A DNA stretch of 64,000 nucleotides from Thermoplasmata archaeon. GTDB taxonomy: Archaea > Thermoplasmatota > Thermoplasmata > Halarchaeoplasmatales > Halarchaeoplasmataceae. The notes beneath the pieces are model-generated. The model had not been told where the DNA came from. It made no database searches and saw only the letters and a list, made by a program, of their open reading frames with translations. Of this stretch, positions 60,846 through 64,000 are shown piece after piece (position 1 is the first letter of the stretch; each line of letters opens with the position of its first letter). The position numbers and the translations under genes are program-made. The stretch is from NCBI GenBank assembly GCA_046498385.1, contig JAWOAU010000074.1, positions 9,355 to 73,354 of the forward strand, written 5' to 3'.

Positions 60846-62135
60846 ATGGAACCGAATATATTCACTACATACATGCACTCGAAAACGGTGTTCAAAGGAA
60901 ACAAAGACATACTCAGGCCTAGCTATATACCTGAACAGCTGCCTCATAGGGAGGATTACATACATGATATGGCATCAATCATGGTAACCGCATTGAGAGG
61001 GAACCGTCCGTCTAATGTGCTGATCTTCGGTAAAACCGGTACCGGTAAGACTGCGGTTGTTCGATATCTGGAAAGGGAGGTAGAGAGGTTAAAAAAGGAT
61101 AATGCGGATAGTAAATTTGATGATGATTTTCAAGAATTTAACGTTCACAGGGTAAAGTACGTTTACATAAACTGCGAGGTTGTCGATACCCATTATGGAG
61201 TGATGAAAAATATAGGCAACAAATTTATGAACGAATGGAGTGAACAGATCCCCTTTACCGGCTGGCCCATGGAGAAGGTCTACGAGTCTCTCAAAGAACG
61301 TATAGACGAGGAACCGAGGGTGGTCGTTATCATATTGGATGAATTGGACAAACTTGTTTCAAAGAGCGGGGATTCCGTCTTATATCATCTCTCCAAAATA
61401 AACTCCGAACTAAAGCAGAGCAAAGTCAGCTTGATAGGTATATCTAACAACCTAAGGTTCACCGAATTTTTGGACCCCCGTGTAAAAAGTCGTTTAGGTG
61501 AAGAAAAGTTGATATTCCCCCCCTATAACGCAAACCAATTAAAAGATATACTAACTGAACGCGTGATAAAGGCCTTTGAATCCGATGATATCATGTCCGA
61601 TGATGTGATTGCGCTGTGTGCCGCTCTTGCCGCACAGGAACATGGTGATGCCCGACGGGCTCTTGATCTTTTAAGGGTTGCAACGGAGATAGCGGAGAGA
61701 GAGCACACTACCGTAGTAAACACTAATCATGTATACAAGGCAAAAAACAAGATAGAGCAGGACTGTGTACGGGAGGCGGTTATGACACTCCCTACCCATT
61801 CAAAACTAGTCATGTACGCAATACTCCTGAGCAGGACGAACGGTTACGATAAGCTCACTACCGGCGAGGTATACGGAGCTTACAGTGAGGTATCTATTTT
61901 ATCCGGGTTGGACCCCCTTACCCAAAGGAGGATCACAGATATCATCTCTGAGCTCGATATGCTGGGATTGGTAAATGCTAGGGTGAAATCCTTCGGAAGG
62001 CGGGGCCGAACTAAGGAGATCCAGCCGAGCGTTCCCGAACGCGAAACCATTTTAGCGATAGAAGAGGATGAAAGCATCGTTCCAGTAAAAAATCTTCGAA
62101 CCTTTGAGGAACCGCAGCAAACCAAGCTCATGTAA
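60846..62135 (+). CDS. cdc6: Orc1/Cdc6 replication initiator, paralog 2
   Basis: Walker A IFGKTGTGKTAVV, Walker B VVIILDELD, sensor region GDARRALDLLR and a C-terminal winged helix. Confidence 0.9.
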   Translation: MEPNIFTTYMHSKTVFKGNKDILRPSYIPEQLPHREDYIHDMASIMVTALRGNRPSNVLIFGKTGTGKTAVVRYLEREVERLKKDNADSKFDDDFQEFNVHRVKYVYINCEVVDTHYGVMKNIGNKFMNEWSEQIPFTGWPMEKVYESLKERIDEEPRVVVIILDELDKLVSKSGDSVLYHLSKINSELKQSKVSLIGISNNLRFTEFLDPRVKSRLGEEKLIFPPYNANQLKDILTERVIKAFESDDIMSDDVIALCAALAAQEHGDARRALDLLRVATEIAEREHTTVVNTNHVYKAKNKIEQDCVREAVMTLPTHSKLVMYAILLSRTNGYDKLTTGEVYGAYSEVSILSGLDPLTQRRITDIISELDMLGLVNARVKSFGRRGRTKEIQPSVPERETILAIEEDESIVPVKNLRTFEEPQQTKLM

Positions 62136-62988
62136 AGGGTGGATATCTTTCCTTGTAAAGTTCTTCCAAAGACTCTTTTTTAGATTTGCCTCTGTTTTTA
62201 TACTTTGAATATATGTATTCAATTGCAAAAGGTCCTACCAACAGAATAGCTAACGATATGCCCAGATTATACCAACTGTTAGTAGGTACTTCTTCGGTCC
62301 TGCCCATGTATAGGAGCTTTATTATACCGAACCAAGGTAGCTGACTCCTTGCTACACCGATAACCCAATCTTCATGGACCGGAGCCGGACATATTCTAGT
62401 TTCCTGGTCATACTTATTATTTTTATCACCCATTGTTATATATCCAGACTGCATACGATTTTCGTTTCTCAAAAGATCGTAGAGCTTTATCTCAATCCTA
62501 ACATCCCGAAAGCCGTAATCGTATATCTCTACCGTTCCGTTTAGATCGTACAGCCTTTCTCCTTGAGAAGTACTCCAGTCTAAGCCGTAATCTAGATTAC
62601 CTAATGAAGGTATATCAAACGATTCTCCCGTTGTCTCATTAAATTCTATATATACTATAGGTCGGTGAATTATAGGGGTATCCTCTTGTCTCCCCATAGG
62701 TCTGTAAATTATAACGTCTCCGTACTGCCCGTATTTAGTATAACCCTCAGGTCTCCCTTCTACATATGTAGTGATTTCCGCATCTCCCCTGACCACAACG
62801 ATGTCTCCGGTATCGATTATACCTACTCTACTTTCCTCCCCGTGACTCATACTGGAAGATTCGATCACAACCATGGGCGGCCATCTGCCGGAATACACGT
62901 ACAGTGAACCCAAGATAATGCCCAGTATAACAAGGGATACTAGGATTTCCTTTCCTATTCTGAAGAGTTCTTCATTCCAATCGTCCAT
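62128..62988 (-). CDS. archaeal type I signal peptidase (S26B/Sec11-like)
   Basis: TM anchor followed by catalytic-Ser box VIESSSMSH, His box IIHRPI and a GDKNN box. ATG 62988 is preferred to the TTG at 62997. Confidence 0.8.
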   Translation of the reverse strand: MDDWNEELFRIGKEILVSLVILGIILGSLYVYSGRWPPMVVIESSSMSHGEESRVGIIDTGDIVVVRGDAEITTYVEGRPEGYTKYGQYGDVIIYRPMGRQEDTPIIHRPIVYIEFNETTGESFDIPSLGNLDYGLDWSTSQGERLYDLNGTVEIYDYGFRDVRIEIKLYDLLRNENRMQSGYITMGDKNNKYDQETRICPAPVHEDWVIGVARSQLPWFGIIKLLYMGRTEEVPTNSWYNLGISLAILLVGPFAIEYIYSKYKNRGKSKKESLEELYKERYPPFT

Positions 62989-63002
62989 GCTATTCAACGG
63001 GA

Positions 63003-63584
63003 TTATTCATTTTTTTCAGGTAGGAACCCGGTTCTTATCAGTTCAAGAGAGATCTTTTCGATCCCCTTACGGATGTCTTCTATTTTCTTTCCGCCGGTGC
63101 AGACGACCTTGCCGGAGCCGAAGAATAACATCACCAGTCGAGGTTCGTCCATCCTATATACAAGTCCCGGGAACTGCTCGGGTTCATATTCTATCCTCTC
63201 AAGACCCAGAGAAATAGCCACGGAATTCAAATTTAAAGGATGGCCCAAATCGGTAGTCGCCACTATGTTTTGAACAGTGACCTCCGGTTCATCTAAAACC
63301 GCCTGGTCTTCTTCTGAAAGTACCTCTTTAAGGTAGGCAACGGTCCTGTGTATTTGTTCCACCTTTGTGGCACCGGTGCATACCATTTTACCACTTCTAA
63401 ATATCAGCACTGAAGTTTTGAGCCCCCGATCGCGTACCCGGTATATTACCCCTCTGAACTTTTCCGGATCGTATTCTGAAGTTTCAAGTATTTCGTGGAC
63501 TTCATCTAGATCGAACGATTCTCCGAGAGTGGCTGAAGCCACAACATTTTCTACATTTATCTCTGCCATATTTTTCCCCACCAT
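63003..63584 (-). CDS. tbp: TATA-box binding protein
   Basis: Two TBP repeats (NVVASATLGESFDL...IFRSGKMVCTGA and QNIVATTDLGHPLNL...FGSGKVVCTGG). An alternative ATG is at 63569. Confidence 0.95.
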   Translation of the reverse strand: MVGKNMAEINVENVVASATLGESFDLDEVHEILETSEYDPEKFRGVIYRVRDRGLKTSVLIFRSGKMVCTGATKVEQIHRTVAYLKEVLSEEDQAVLDEPEVTVQNIVATTDLGHPLNLNSVAISLGLERIEYEPEQFPGLVYRMDEPRLVMLFFGSGKVVCTGGKKIEDIRKGIEKISLELIRTGFLPEKNE

Positions 63585-63602
63585 TTTGGGATTTTTCTTT
63601 TT

Positions 63603-63625
63603 ACGAGAAGCAATATACTTCTCGT
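63603..63625. promoter_or_regulatory. 8-bp perfect inverted repeat in the tbp leader/promoter
   Basis: ACGAGAAG-caatata-CTTCTCGT lies between the tbp start (63584) and a TATA-like tttata at 63625-63630. Further tttata copies are at 63645 and 63673. Confidence 0.35.
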
Positions 63626-63843
63626 TTATATGCCTTATATTACGTTTATAGCAATCGCCTATCGCTTCACCATTTATAAAGGTTCGCTTGACCCCGGACT
63701 CAATAAAGGTTAGCTATATGCTCAATCACCCGGCTTTTCGGAGTCCCGAGGAAGAGTTATCGATTTTGCCGTTCCCACGATGAAACCCGGGTCATCGTTA
63801 CGAGGTTGTCAAAAGTCTAGTGATAGGCACTGTATAAGAGAAA

Positions 63844-64000
63844 CTATATATTCTCGTACAGCCAGTAAGGGCCCTTGCAGACCGTTGTAGAGTACCGCAT
63901 CTCGGATATCCGATCTATGTCCGAATATGGTATTTCGAAGGAGGGGGGTATTTGCTCAATATTTACCATGTTGATCACATCCCCTAGTAAAATATCGAAT
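63844..64000 (-). CDS. 3' end of an unidentified gene (N-terminal part outside the window)
   Basis: The open minus-strand frame from the window edge ends at TAG 63844-63846: ...FDILLGDVINMVNIEQIPPSFEIPYSDIDRISEMRYSTTVCKGPYWLYENI. The product is not recognisable from 51 residues. Confidence 0.4.
   Translation of the reverse strand, partial: FDILLGDVINMVNIEQIPPSFEIPYSDIDRISEMRYSTTVCKGPYWLYENI

Noticed and set aside
63778-63806. Hairpin ACGATGA-aacccggg-TCATCGT downstream of the partial gene at the window end.
   Set aside because: There is no adjacent oligo-T tract on either strand and no box motifs. The evidence is insufficient for a terminator or sRNA.

Overview
Densely coding archaeal chromosomal segment, dominated by housekeeping genes on both strands. 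Archaeal identity is shown by a thermosome, an Sm/L37e pair, archaeosine TGT, aIF2-beta, TBP, MBF1, two Orc1/Cdc6 paralogs, RPA, Hjc, Kae1, an RNase P RNA and a tRNA-Leu(CAG). Main blocks: (i) tRNA and translation-factor modification genes (trm5, dph5, tgtA). (ii) A nucleotide/cofactor block with purA and four consecutive glutamine amidotransferases (purF, pdxT, guaA subunit A, pyrG). (iii) A copper locus: copA, a divergent Lrp/TRASH regulator, and an untracked mini-ORF coupled to copA. (iv) A complete 14-gene Mbh-type membrane-bound [NiFe] hydrogenase/Mrp module with a HycI-type protease. (v) Replication/repair genes: RPA plus partner, two orc1/cdc6, a RecJ-like DHH protein, Hjc and a HerA-like ATPase. 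(vi) CoA biosynthesis: pantoate kinase and coaBC. Three genes below the ORF-track cutoff or running off the window edge were recovered by hand translation: L37e, a 48-aa zinc-ribbon protein and the trm5 fragment. I see no CRISPR array, transposase, integrase or prophage-like block, and no clear-cut novel multi-gene system. The best leads are an ORB-like repeat cluster next to the second orc1/cdc6 (candidate origin), the Cys/His mini-ORF coupled to copA, a palindromic operator candidate at the mbh promoter, a HerA-like ATPase coupled to a small helical protein, and two A+T-rich orphan genes. All function calls rest on motif recognition in translated ORFs and hand folding of RNAs. No database search or statistic was computed.
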